64,000 nucleotides of DNA from Auanema rhodensis (Eukaryota; Animalia; Nematoda): positions 16,740,001-16,804,000 of the forward strand of contig OZ059897.1 in assembly GCA_964057225.1 (NCBI GenBank), read 5' to 3'. Under the pieces are notes generated by a model. That model saw only the letters and a program-made list of their open reading frames with translations, made no database searches and was not told the DNA's origin. Numbering within the stretch: position 1 is the stretch's first letter; each line of letters starts with the position of its first letter. Positions 37,600 through 56,010 of this stretch are shown here, in pieces. The position numbers were made by a program, and so were the translations under genes.

Positions 37600-39085
37600 A
37601 TGCCATCAATTACTAAAACCAAATCAGGGAAAACTTTTCGAGCCCCAACTGATCAGGTAAACCTGGTTTATGGCGTTTAAATATATTTATTCTACATAGG
37701 CCCGAAAGCTTGAACGACGAAGAGAAATAAGGAAGAATAAAAGAGATAGACAACAAGTGAGACAGACTATTGCTAAATGTTTAAATGTTGATGATTCGAT
37801 ACGTAGAATGCTTTCAATTGAGAGACAAAGTAAGTGAAATTTGATCCTAAGCTTAATGAAATCATTTTTTTAAGTGTTGGGTCTGGATGAGAAACAGTTT
37901 ACATACGATGTTCTCAAAAAAAAGCAAAATGTATGTTACCATATGCTGATTTATTAATTTTTATAATACTGCAGACCCTTATGGCATCATTAGAAAGACG
38001 AAAACAGGTGTTGAAAAATACCAAAGATGATGAGATTGAAAAAATTAACGAGAAACTGCAACATTATCATCAAGATGTTAAAGAATTAAGAAATTTGGCT
38101 GGTACAATCAAATTAAACAATATCCGTGTTCATTAATTTGCTTAGATCAGGAGCGTATGGCTCGATTATGTGATATTGATTCTATTCCTCTTCCTGATTC
38201 TGAATACAACCCGGTTGATAGAGCTTCACAGCTAATGGGTCCATCAGCATCCACATCCGCAGCTACTCAAGTTGCACTACAGCAAGCTAAGTAAGACAAC
38301 TACGAATACCTTAATTAATATTTTTTTTAAGAAAAAAAGTAGATGTGCGTCTTGCAAGAGCTAGAGCTGATAGAGCAAAGCCTCCTGGACCTCCATGTGG
38401 TTTACCTCCCTCTTTGAGCGATAGTGAAGATGATTATGACGACAATGACGATGATGATTTAGCTCCTGTGCCAAGTAGGTGTTAAATTCAACGTTGTTTC
38501 TATATGTTTATTTATAGTGCCTGATTTCGATGCACCTCCAACCCATGCTCCTATGTATCAATCATATCATGCTCATCCTCCTTTATTACGAAAACGTAAT
38601 TATATTTTCAAATTCTATATTTTTCGTTTTTTTAGCACCAGGTCCTCCACCTCTTTCAATGTATGGCTCAAACCCTATGGGTATCCCAGTTCATTCTTCT
38701 GCTGCAAATCCTGATCGTATATTCAGCTTTTAATTCTCTTTTTATATAAGTGATTTCTAGCAAATGCTGTAATTTCTTCTGCTCCGATTATGCGCAAAGA
38801 TAATAATGAAACAAAAGATAGAGGTCCAACAGTAGTTTCTGCTGCCCCACAACTAAGAGATCTACGAAAAGAAACGGTCAAGGTATTATTTTCTGGTGAT
38901 TTTAATTGTAAGATTATTTTAACATTTAGCTTGTTCCTACTCAACTCAAACGGCCGCAGATCAAACCTGTAGTATACCGTCCTGTTCCGCCGGTACTTAA
39001 ACCAAAGCCGGTTGAAACGCCTGCGGCTAAAACAACAGACGATGCGTATAATGATTTTATGAAAGAATTGGATGGTCTCATTTAA
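37600..39085 (+). CDS. wbp-11: WW domain-binding protein 11 (splicing factor)
   Basis: MPSITKTKSGKTFRAPTDQARKLERRREIRKNKRDRQQVR; SAAPQLRDLRKE; C-terminal DDAYNDFMKELDGLI*. Confidence 0.92.
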
Positions 39086-39170
39086 TATGTTATCAAACTG
39101 GTATAACCTGAATAAAAATTAAGTATTTATTTGATTATTTTGAATCAATTGTAAAGTTTGTTTTTCCAAG

Positions 39171-40077
39171 TTATGCTACTTTCCGTAATGCTGACTTTGG
39201 GAGATGTATAGATTGTCCGTTTTCCCATTCAACAATGCAACAATGATTTCCCATCAACTAAACAATATTGATGAACTTTTAAAAATCTACGAGTCTACCA
39301 AACCTGGCTTATTTCTCCCCTCATTATCATCATATGATGCTTCATGGGTTCCCAATCCTGATAATTAATATCAAACAAATAAGAGCATTTTGGATCCTGA
39401 TATTCTTCACATGCAATACACCGAGCCAATGTATGGTTATTTCTAAATAGAAGATAGCATTAAATAAATATAATTTTAGTTTTAATTCCAATACCTGTCA
39501 AAGATAAAAGGAAGTGACAATGAATCATCCACCAAATATCGAATAAAAGGACGCCAATATAATTGTACGGCTTCTCTTTTCCATTGAATTATATCTCCAA
39601 CCATTAACTCAATCGGTGTGCAAAGCTCTTGAAGTTGTACAAGTCCGTAAAACTGAAATTATTTGAAATAAATCAATTTATTGTATATTTTTCATTTCAC
39701 TTGTGCTTCTCGACGTAATTCTTCAGCTGCGTCAGGATCCCTAGGAGGTTGGAATTCTATGCCGTCCCGAAGAAAATTTAGAATCTGAAAATTGAATCCA
39801 TGAAAAGGAGAATGACAGGATCATCAATGATAACATACTTTAGAAAAATGAGTGGCATCCCGATCAATGAACACTTCATCCTGATGTCCACGCCATCGTT
39901 CTTCCACTATTGTTGAGAGAAACTGACATTGAAGTAATATTACAGAATGATTAGTTATATATAATTTCTTACAGATGGTTGGAATTTACTGAGAGTTGAT
40001 ACAGAGGTTTCGAAAACAGTTCCTCCAACGTTCAATCGAACACGTTCTCCAGCTACAATAGTGGGACTTGAGCTCAT
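39171..40077 (-). CDS. KCTD-type BTB/POZ (T1) domain protein
   Basis: RVRLNVGGTVFETSVSTL, VFIDRDATHFSKILNFLRDG, LRREAQFYGL; C-terminal CIVEWENGQSIHLPKSALRKVA*. Confidence 0.88.
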
Positions 40078-41238
40078 TACAAGTCTGAAAAACTTTCGAT
40101 CAGGTTTAAGAACTAAACGAACAAAATATGAATGAAACAAAAAAATTAATCGCGGAAAAACGTCGTAAAAACATCTTGAATATAACTTTTTTTAAAAATA
40201 TATTAATTTTACAAACTACAAATTTGAGATTTAACACGAACCTAAATAAACAATATTTTAGAAAAACAAAAGCATCATAGAAAGAACTTTATGAAAACTA
40301 AAAGCTACATACTTTCAAGTTTGTCTTTTGAAATTCAGTAATGTGAGTAAAATATCTGGAGCTACATCGAAAGCGGAACACATTCGTAATGAGATAACAA
40401 TAGAACAGCAGAGTAGTTGTTAAAAACTAAACAAAATCTTTGGTGAAATTAGTTATAATTTAGCTAAAATAAGAAAAAAAAAAAGAAAAAAAAGTTAACT
40501 TTGACTAAAATTATCATGATATGATACTAATTTAAGAAAGGTATCTAAAAATTATAATTTCAAATTTGCAATAGGTTTCTCGATAAAGTGACATAAAACG
40601 GAGAAAATGAAGATCGTGTAGATACATTGAAAGGATTTTTCAAGAGGAGATTAGATTTCAATGATTTGAAGAGGAGATCGGAAAGAAGCGAATTGCTAGT
40701 AATGAAAGAAGAGGGAGACATTGAGAAAATAAACGAGGATCTGAAAATTATAATATGAAAAGATTAATAGAATATTAGCAAACATCGGATTAACATTAAA
40801 TTTATCTGGAATTTTGAATTTTGATAAATACATTCTCTATTTTAAATTCAATCATATTTATAAACAGTTATCAACATTCATATCACTGCTTAGCCTTCAT
40901 TGTCGCTTTAACGAAGCTCAAGCCATGATGCAGAGCAGAAGCCTCGAGCATTGATTATGGAGTATAGCTTTGGTTTCCGGCACCAAATACATACATACCA
41001 AACGACGAAGAGATATATATTTGAGCTTCTCAGGCGAGAGAATGCACTAGCTTAACTCCTCTCAAAAATGAATAGATGTACATGTATTATTGTGATGTAA
41101 TAAAGAAAGAGAAAATTGTTTTGTGAGACTAGAAAACGAAAGGAAACATTCAATTCTACAATGATTAAAAACAATATATCAGAAAAGAGGGAATTGAAAA
41201 TAAATTTGAAAATATGTTTTTTGCTTTCCTTATCTTAT

Positions 41239-41252
<14 letters not shown>

Positions 41253-41271
<19 letters not shown>

Positions 41272-41273
41272 TA
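41253..41273. repeat. (AT)n microsatellite
   Basis: About 10 AT units. Confidence 0.85.
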
Positions 41274-41490
41274 GATAGAATATTGAAAAATAATCGAAAC
41301 TAAACTATATATAAGGTTCAACTCAATGAGCATAGTAGTGCTCGTAGCAGAGAATTTGAAGATAGGACATACAAATAGTCAAAATTTGGCTGTCTAATAA
41401 TTCTGGTTTCCGTTTTCAAGCTATATAAAGGAATGTCTAAAACGTATGAATATGTATATATTTATGTGTTCACATTTAATATACATATTA

Positions 41491-41511
41491 ATATATATAT
41501 ATATATATATA
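41491..41511. repeat. (AT)n microsatellite
   Basis: About 10 AT units. Confidence 0.85.
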
Positions 41512-42961
41512 CGTATAATAAGAGGGGGGAGGAGGCTGGTGTTAAAATGAAAAAAATAATATATATTTAGTATCAGTTATATCTTAGAAATGTGTGCCCG
41601 AAAAAATTTTAAGTTGAAGTTGATTCATACTTACGCTAGGAGTTGCATGCGTTGTGAAAACAAACAATGTCGAAATGAAATAGAGCAGTGAGAGGAAATA
41701 GAAAAAGGTTAAATTTCTCGAATATTAAAAGAATAAGTTACATTGTTTCTTGAATTATATAAGACATCGGAAGAAGTTGGTCGGCTTACTCTAACTAACT
41801 GCTCATTCACTGTTTCACTAAACCCTCCTACATTCTACCTCTATCTCATTTGCCTTTTCTTTCTTTTTTTCTTTTTTTTTCAAACACTCCATCTCTCTGT
41901 TATCTCTAAATTCATAATTTCTCTGTTTCTGTTTCTGTTTCCCTATTTGAATATAGATGTTTTTGTTTTTTGCCGAAGGGGCGAAAAAGAAAATACTTTA
42001 TTGACAAAACCTGGAGTAAAGAAAGTCCGAATGCATAATTATTGTTTCAATATTGCTACATTCACATATTTTGCTATCACATATTTCAAATTCTTTTCAA
42101 ACTTTAAAGTGTTTGAAATAAAATAAACATAGTCACCTTATATAGCATTCTACAAAGATATACAAACTATATTTAAAACTGAGAAAAATATTTAAATTAC
42201 TTCAAACACCTTCTATGTTTTAATATTTTTTTATTTATAATAATAATTCAGAGAAAATTCAAATAAATGTTTTAAAAAATATCATATATAATTATTATAT
42301 TGCTGTGAAGTATTACAAGTAATGAATCGTCCAATTTTCGTATTTCAGCCTGTTATATTAGAATCATATTTGTGACTACAATGAATAATTATTTCAAACT
42401 ATTATATTATCCTATTTTCAAAAATAACATCAATGAATTTGTAGGATTTAATTGAAATAAAGCATATATTTATGCCAGAATTTCGAAGAAAACATATGAT
42501 TGAAAATCAAAATTTTAATTGGAAAAATGACTTGATAAGGTTCTCACATCATAAATGCAACCAATTTTCAAGATTTAAATTATCTAAATAATTTTTGGGA
42601 TTTGAATATGCCCACGTAAAAACGTGTATTTATGTATATTTCAATAAAAAGATTATTATTTATTCTATAATTTATTTTCATTATGTTTATTACAGTTTTT
42701 ACAGATAACGCATACAATTCCAAAAGCGCTTAGAGATCATGGGTAATGTAGATTGAAGTCGTATTTTCTATTTTAGGCAAATTCAATTAAACCGGGCAGC
42801 TGACGTGGTCTATCTGCAAAAAAAGTTTTAATCTTTACAACTTTTACAAAACAAAAAAAGTGAAAGCTAGCATTCAGAGATCATTTTGTATAATGTTGTA
42901 TTTCTTAATCTTATTATATTAGTAAAGAACCAAACATTTCTTAAGAGGAAACGCGTGAACT

Positions 42962-44610
42962 TTACAACTTTTGGATCTGGTAAGAACGAAAAATATATAA
43001 ATAGACAGCGCGTGTTTGAAGCATAGCATGCAATAAAACATCAATTTTCCAGTTTAATCTTCTTGGTTCCATACCTGTTGTCATGGAAAATATGTTTGAT
43101 GGCATTAAATCGATATCAGAATCCGTTGTAGCTTCTGAATTTCTTGAGGAAAATGAGGACGCTGGGGATAAGAATGACGATGTTGATGAAGATGATGAGG
43201 AAGAACTTGATAATGATAAAGATGTTGATGGTGATGATGAAGTCTTTGTCTGCGTTTGTCCATCCATTGGTATTAAAGACTGATCCTCATCAACAGATTC
43301 TTCAACAGTTGTTTCTCTTTCGCCTAAAAGAAAATGAGTTCAAAGATTTTCTCAAGACTTTGATAGTCAGTTGGTTTGACCTTCGTTAAATTCTTCTCCA
43401 GTTTTTTTCTACTTGAATATTTTACTGTCATAAAATTTAAACAGGATTTTGGTTGTAAATTCAAAATCTTGAATTTCAACTTTAACTTTATTCAAATTGA
43501 CTACTACGATTTCTGAGAATCAAGCCCACTAACCGAAAATCTGTCCTTCACTGCCCAAGTGTGGTCTCAGGGTCGGATGTGGCGGAGAGGTTATTGTCGC
43601 CGATGGCTGGGGCAGTGACATTCCCGGGAATGGAACTGAAAATAGCAATAACGTTTAAGTTTTTTTCATTTGATAGAAAAGAAAAGTTTCCTTAGTCATC
43701 ATGAGAAACAAAAAGTATAAATGAGGTTTCTTCATAGATACTGAAGGTTAGAGAACGAGAAAGTTGCAATAAACTGACTTACCTAATCCACTAAAAAAGT
43801 TTTTGATATTGTCAAGAAAGTTTCCAAACTGGCCCTGAGGATGATATGGAGCTGGATTGTTTCCAAACTTCAATTTAAATGTTTCACATGGGTATAAATA
43901 TGAAGTTTGATTTTAATAATTAATATATTTTACTTATTTTGTTTTGAAAATTTAGAAATATGTACTTGTAATTGACTTCCAAGATCTAGACCCCCTGGTT
44001 GCAATCCGAAGCCGCTATCTACGCCAACCCGCTCACCACCAACTAAAGCTCCTTGGGACCCTGTAAAGTGAGATTACGAAACGCTTCAGTTTTTCATCAT
44101 TGAGCATAGTGAAACGTTTTGGAGAGAGACCTTGTAAATTGAATCCTTGTGGTCCTGCACCCATTTGAAAACCACGGTCTCCACCAAAACCGAAAATATT
44201 GGCACTCTGGCCCAGCCCCATGTTAAAACCACCTCCATTAGTTGGATGTAAAGAGAAGCTGCCCAGATTAATTTGAGGAAAAACTGAAATTTTTGATTTA
44301 AGTTTGCTATTTAAAAACATTAAAGCAAAATTCATTTAACTGTTCCCCGAAACTGATATAACTGATTGAGCAAAAGAGAAAGTAAAGCTTGTAATATGCT
44401 ACAAAGTAACATGAGAAACGTTTTCATTAAAAAGAAAATAAATTTTCATTATCATGAGCTTGAATTCATTTGACATAGATCAAAAATTAAATGAAGTTCC
44501 TAAGCGTATTGAAGTTTTACAATTCATAAATGAAAAACAAAATTATATGTTTTGAAATATAAAGTACCTGAATGTAAAAGGAAAAAAAGGATTAAAAGTC
44601 CTCTCCACAT
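42962..44610 (-). CDS. Secreted Gly/Phe-rich protein with Pro-rich and poly-Ser (mucin-like) C-terminal region
   Basis: Signal peptide MWRGLLILFFLLHSVFP, then QINLGSFSL...ANIFGFGGDRGFQMG...GALVGGERVGVDSGFG...FGNFLDNIKNFF, Pro-rich exon and poly-Ser exon; 3' end uncertain. Confidence 0.72.
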
Positions 44611-46633
44611 CCTGAGAATCTAGTAAAGCAGAGAAATGATTCAAGAATACCAACTGATATGCTGAAGTATTTTGAAATGTAATGCGAAAGATCGGCTATA
44701 GAGGTAGTATAGCACTGTATTGGGCAATATATATATATCAAGAATGAAAAGAATAATGGGAAAGAGGACGGAGAGGTTAAACCATAGGTTTTTCTTAACT
44801 TCCTTCAACACCTCTTCAGCAGACAACGGCAGCAAAGCAATAAAAACTGTCTCTGTCTTACATGCTTTTCCCCATTTTCGTCCTTGTTCTCTTGTCTAGT
44901 CTCTCTGAGACTTGTCTTGTTCTTTTTAGGCACTCTCGTATATTTCTGTCATCACCGGGTATTGTTCGAACAAGATTCTTGATGTTTCTTATGTGTTTCC
45001 TTTTTGCCTCAGGGCCCTGTTTCATGTTTTACCGATGTCACGCTGTCCAACGACATATGCCATGTACGGCATTATCTTCTATCCATCTTCCTTTCACACT
45101 GTCCCTGTCGTTCATTCGATCTTTTCTTTTCTGTCTTCTCATATATTTACTTATTCCTTTCATCTCTTTTTTGAACTTTTCATCTCTTTTCTCAATTGCT
45201 ATATATGTAATGATGGAGGATGCTGACTGTAACATTGAATGGCAAATTGAATCGCCGAAGGAACTTAGCCTCCATTAGAAGCCTACTCGTTAACCGGTAT
45301 TCGCCACGAAGATGCTTTACAAGGTCAAGCTCCGCCTTTCCAATAAGCTGTGATTTCGAAACTTTTTGATAAGCGAACGATAGTCGAGACAATTTGGAAC
45401 TCTTAAATGACGTGATGCCATGGCGATGATTATTAAATTAAATTGTGTGAATAATCTTTAAATTCATTATAATGTATTTCCTGTCTCCTGCCATTCTTAA
45501 AGATACTATGAACTTGACTGAATTCGCACAGCATCAGTTCACATCAGCAAAAAGTTGTTCGTTTCTGAATTTCTAATGCTCAACCAAGTAAACATATCGT
45601 CTAGTTAGCTCATGAACTAGCATTTCTCTGAGCCAATCAATAATCTTCGGGGCCCTATATGGTGCGTGGTAGTGGATGGGGTGGAGGGGTGGGCGTAATA
45701 AGGATCGAAACTAACCAAACTGTCTCGACGACGCTAGTTCCAACCCCCCAAAGTTTATGGTTTTTTTTCTAACGTTCTTCCAATTTACGACAATGATTAG
45801 TGTAGATTTGCACATCTTTGCATTTTAATTGGAGAAATCCCCGCTTTCACATAAGTATTAATAACTTCTTAGCTGAGATATAATCTTATAAGTTCAATTA
45901 TGGAAAGAATGTGTACTTGTATATAATATGAAAAATAAATCTTTTCTAAATTGTACAATCACTTTGAAAATTTCAACTTTGTATTTTACCATACGAGCAT
46001 TCAGTAATTTATAAAGTTATCTTAAAAACATATTTCTGAAATCAATGATTTTTCGATCTGAAATATATCTTTTCGAAAACTAAAACTTTCTTTGTGCAAC
46101 AAGGAATGATATATGAAAGATAGGTCATAGTCTGATTTTCATAAAGCTCAACTTCTTCGCCATTTGAGATCCTTACACTTACCTATCCAAACCAATAGCA
46201 TCTTACGTTTTTTGCAGAACAACTGTTCGATATCTTTTCAAAATCAAGAATATAAGTTTGTTGAGACGTATTCTTTTTCTTATTTGCTTCCTCTCTGTGT
46301 CTCTTTCCTTTTTTTTTATCTTTTTTTTTCATTCTTTTCATTTATCTGAATTGACCGCTTAGCGCTCGCGCAAACTCCATAGTGGAAGGTAGATGGCGTC
46401 AAGTCTCGCCAGCCTCATATTCTGCTGAAATCAGCATTTTTGATAGCTTCCGTTAACATTCGAACAACTTTCCCGAAACTATGGCCATACTCTAGCGAGA
46501 GAGTTATATATTTCTGATCTTTTCACTCTTTTCAAACAGCCTTATTATAACAAACGCCAAATCATAATTCTAACCAAGCTTGCCGTTTGATTTCATCATT
46601 TATCACATAAATCATAAACTTATTCCTATACTC

Positions 46634-46907
46634 CAATCAGCAAGCGCTTTCGCTCAGATATGCAAAACATGCTGCACTTTCGATTGATAAGCGCTTGCTG
46701 TCTATTGTGTTAGTTAGCTATATGACTGTTTCCGGCTTATACCGTAACTGGCCAATGGCCTACATGTGGGTGCTTTTTGGATATGAGGGGAACGCAGCCA
46801 CAATTGTTTTCTGGTCAGGGTCAATAGTGGTAATGCTCTCAGCAAGTATTGATTTTCCAGTCGCTCCGGTGAGACACCCCCGCTCCGCTTACTCCGGTGG
46901 GACACTG
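46634..46907 (+). ncRNA. Candidate structured ncRNA (H/ACA-like or hairpin cluster)
   Basis: Perfect 12-bp inverted repeat 46638-46649/46689-46700, ANANNA (ATATGA 46720-46725), second hairpin then ACA 46800-46802, two more hairpins and ACA 46902-46904; folded by eye only. Confidence 0.35.
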
Positions 46908-47577
46908 TCTTTTCGCTTATTATGTTCATCTCCTCACATCCAGCATATTTAGTTCATCTAATCTAGGTTTATAATACACGCATCTTATTTTTTTATCTTT
47001 TATCACCTTCGCAAACATACTCAAATCATAGTGTACCTGAATGCTTAATACAGTTCTCGTTTGAATTGCTTCGAAAAAAACTTCCAAATTTGAATATATT
47101 TTCTAATAAGGAAGTTATTTCATGATATGATCAGTTTCTACAAAGATTTTGGTTAGTTTTTTCAAGCCATCTTAAACGCAAGCTCAAATATCTTATCGTT
47201 ACAGATTAATTCCGCGACCAGTAGTTATCAATCTCGAACTCTTAAAGATATAAAATAAATGAAAAACCGAGCAAAATGAACTATAGAGCAAAAAAACTCT
47301 TATCTACAGCAATGAAGTTTCTCTTGTTTGTGCTTGTCCATAAATGCTCCAATGGGACAGGGCACTCTCTAGCCAGCGTGTCTCAAGCGTGCTCCGGCGC
47401 CAATTTGCCCTGACGCGCAATTCAAATTCAAATGTTGATAACTCCTCCCCTTTATTAGTTACTTATCTCATCTTAGCTTCTAGGAATATAAATCTGATTA
47501 TTTTTCGTTATAAAGCTCGTTCATTTGACTGGTTATATATTTCATTTTCTTTATTTTGATTTTAGCTTCGTATTACT

Positions 47578-54366
<6,789 letters not shown>

Positions 54367-54749
54367 AAATTTGTTAATATTCTTACTCATTTTACTTACT
54401 TTTCAACAGCTGTATTCCTAATGATCTGAGCAATTCATACTTTGTATGACGATTTGCCGGTTGTCAAGATGTTTTTACATCCTGAATTATCAAATTGTTA
54501 ATCCTAACAGGTCTTCTTTGTCTATGTGCTTGTGAAGTACATTTCCCATCTGTGGTCTCTTATGGATTCATTTTATAGTTTGCATCCTAATTTATTTATA
54601 TTAATTTAGTCATTGTTGTTGGTAACTAAGTAATCAATAAACATTACCCAATTATGTAATATAAATTTCAATTCAATGTAAATGCTATAACCATATTTTT
54701 GGTCCAATGTGTTCCTAAGGACAATAGTTGAAAAATAAATTTAGGAGGG

Positions 54750-55794
54750 ATGTTTCTCGATTCTAACCAATTGCAAGGTGTTATTTTAGTGAAAGGTATT
54801 GATGGATCTAAAGATTTTCTTTTTTATCCTGATTTAAGATTCTTCCTCATGCTTTGGTGAGCCTATTGTTTATGCTCTAACTAAGCAAAGTGAAGTTGTT
54901 GTTGTAACTTTGAATGGAAGACGTGAACAATTAATAAACAGGTATTCTAGTAGGGTAAATGAAAAGTAAGTGTATAGTTTTATACATTGAAGTGTTACAT
55001 CTTATTTCAGTTCTTTTGTATATTTCGATGATTTCTCACGATTATCAGTATTGAAAGATAAAATTCTGAACTTCTCCGTCAATGGCTTGTGTATAATTGA
55101 CTGTATAGAAATTCTCTTAGATATTTATGGCGTAGATTCTGTTGCAATGTTGATGAATGACTTAAAAGGTTTAATCTAATTATCTATTTATTTATTTTAT
55201 ATTTTCTAGAAAAATTTGCCGTTGTTGCTGCCTTTTGTCATTATCAAACTGTTTCACTTAATCAATGGAATCGTTTGTGTTCTATAGCAGATAGTTTTTT
55301 AAATGTTTACAAGGAGGGATCATTGTTCCTATCGAATATAACTGCTATTAAGAAAAACGGAAAACTTCAAGCTATAGTAATATTTTTACTTTTAGTATTC
55401 TCTTTTAATTATATTATCATTGATTTTTAATACAAGATATTTCAGCAAGAATCATTCACCATCAGTCCTGACCTTCAGCTTCATAGTAAGAAATATGAAA
55501 ACAAGATTGAAGAATCTACTGAAGACTTGTGTCTGAAGACTCCTTTCGATGTTGGCCTAACTCTTAAGGTATGTTAATTTATGTTTATGAGTATTGATTG
55601 ATTTTTTACAGGATACTGAGAAATCAGCCAGAGAAGCTCTGGAGTTGCCTTACCTTTCCACCCAAACCCAAGAGGGTCTAGTCAATTTACGACTTTCAGA
55701 CAAGAAAGTTCGTGTCGGAGGCCAAATAATTTATACGCCAGACGATGGTGATGATCTAGATGACAGTGATCCTGATGATGATCTTAACCTCTAG
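54750..55794 (+). CDS. ELP5: Elongator complex subunit 5 (Iki1/ELP5)
   Basis: Diagnostic C-terminus PFDVGLTLKDTEKSAREALELPY...GQIIYTPDDGDDLDDSDPDDDLNL*; RecA-like IIDCIE segment. Confidence 0.82.
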
Positions 55795-56010
55795 AAAGAT
55801 TACCAATTTGTTGTTATTGTTATTGTTATGTAATTTACTTGTTGTGTTGAAAATCTGACAAAGCTTATAAACTTGAATGATTTATAAAATCTCGTAAATA
55901 TACAACAATGAATAACAATGCACAACAAAAAACATAACAATGTAATAACAATAATGATCAAAATTTTGAGAGCAGAGGATTGCTTCAATAATATGGAATA
56001 CATAACTAGA

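Noticed and set aside
40590-40742. Exon-like block after a TTTTCAG acceptor on the minus strand upstream of the KCTD gene
   Set aside because: No convincing donor or homology; more likely UTR or regulatory sequence.
43083-43389. Acidic and Met-rich + strand ORFs in the ORF track
   Set aside because: Antisense shadow of the poly-Ser exon on the minus strand; splice signals support only the minus-strand gene.
44862-45278. 138-aa hydrophobic ORF and an overlapping frame ending NCYICNDGGC (PHD-like start)
   Set aside because: Derived from CT-rich low-complexity DNA; the PHD-like string stops immediately with no further Cys/His pattern.
46619-46805. U17/snR30 identity (TATTCCTA resembles the m1 motif)
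   Set aside because: The required m2 motif AAACCAT before the ACA box is absent.
45670-46910. Telomerase RNA hypothesis for the G-rich and H/ACA-like elements
   Set aside because: No 1.5-repeat template for TTAGGC (or TTAGGG) found on either strand.
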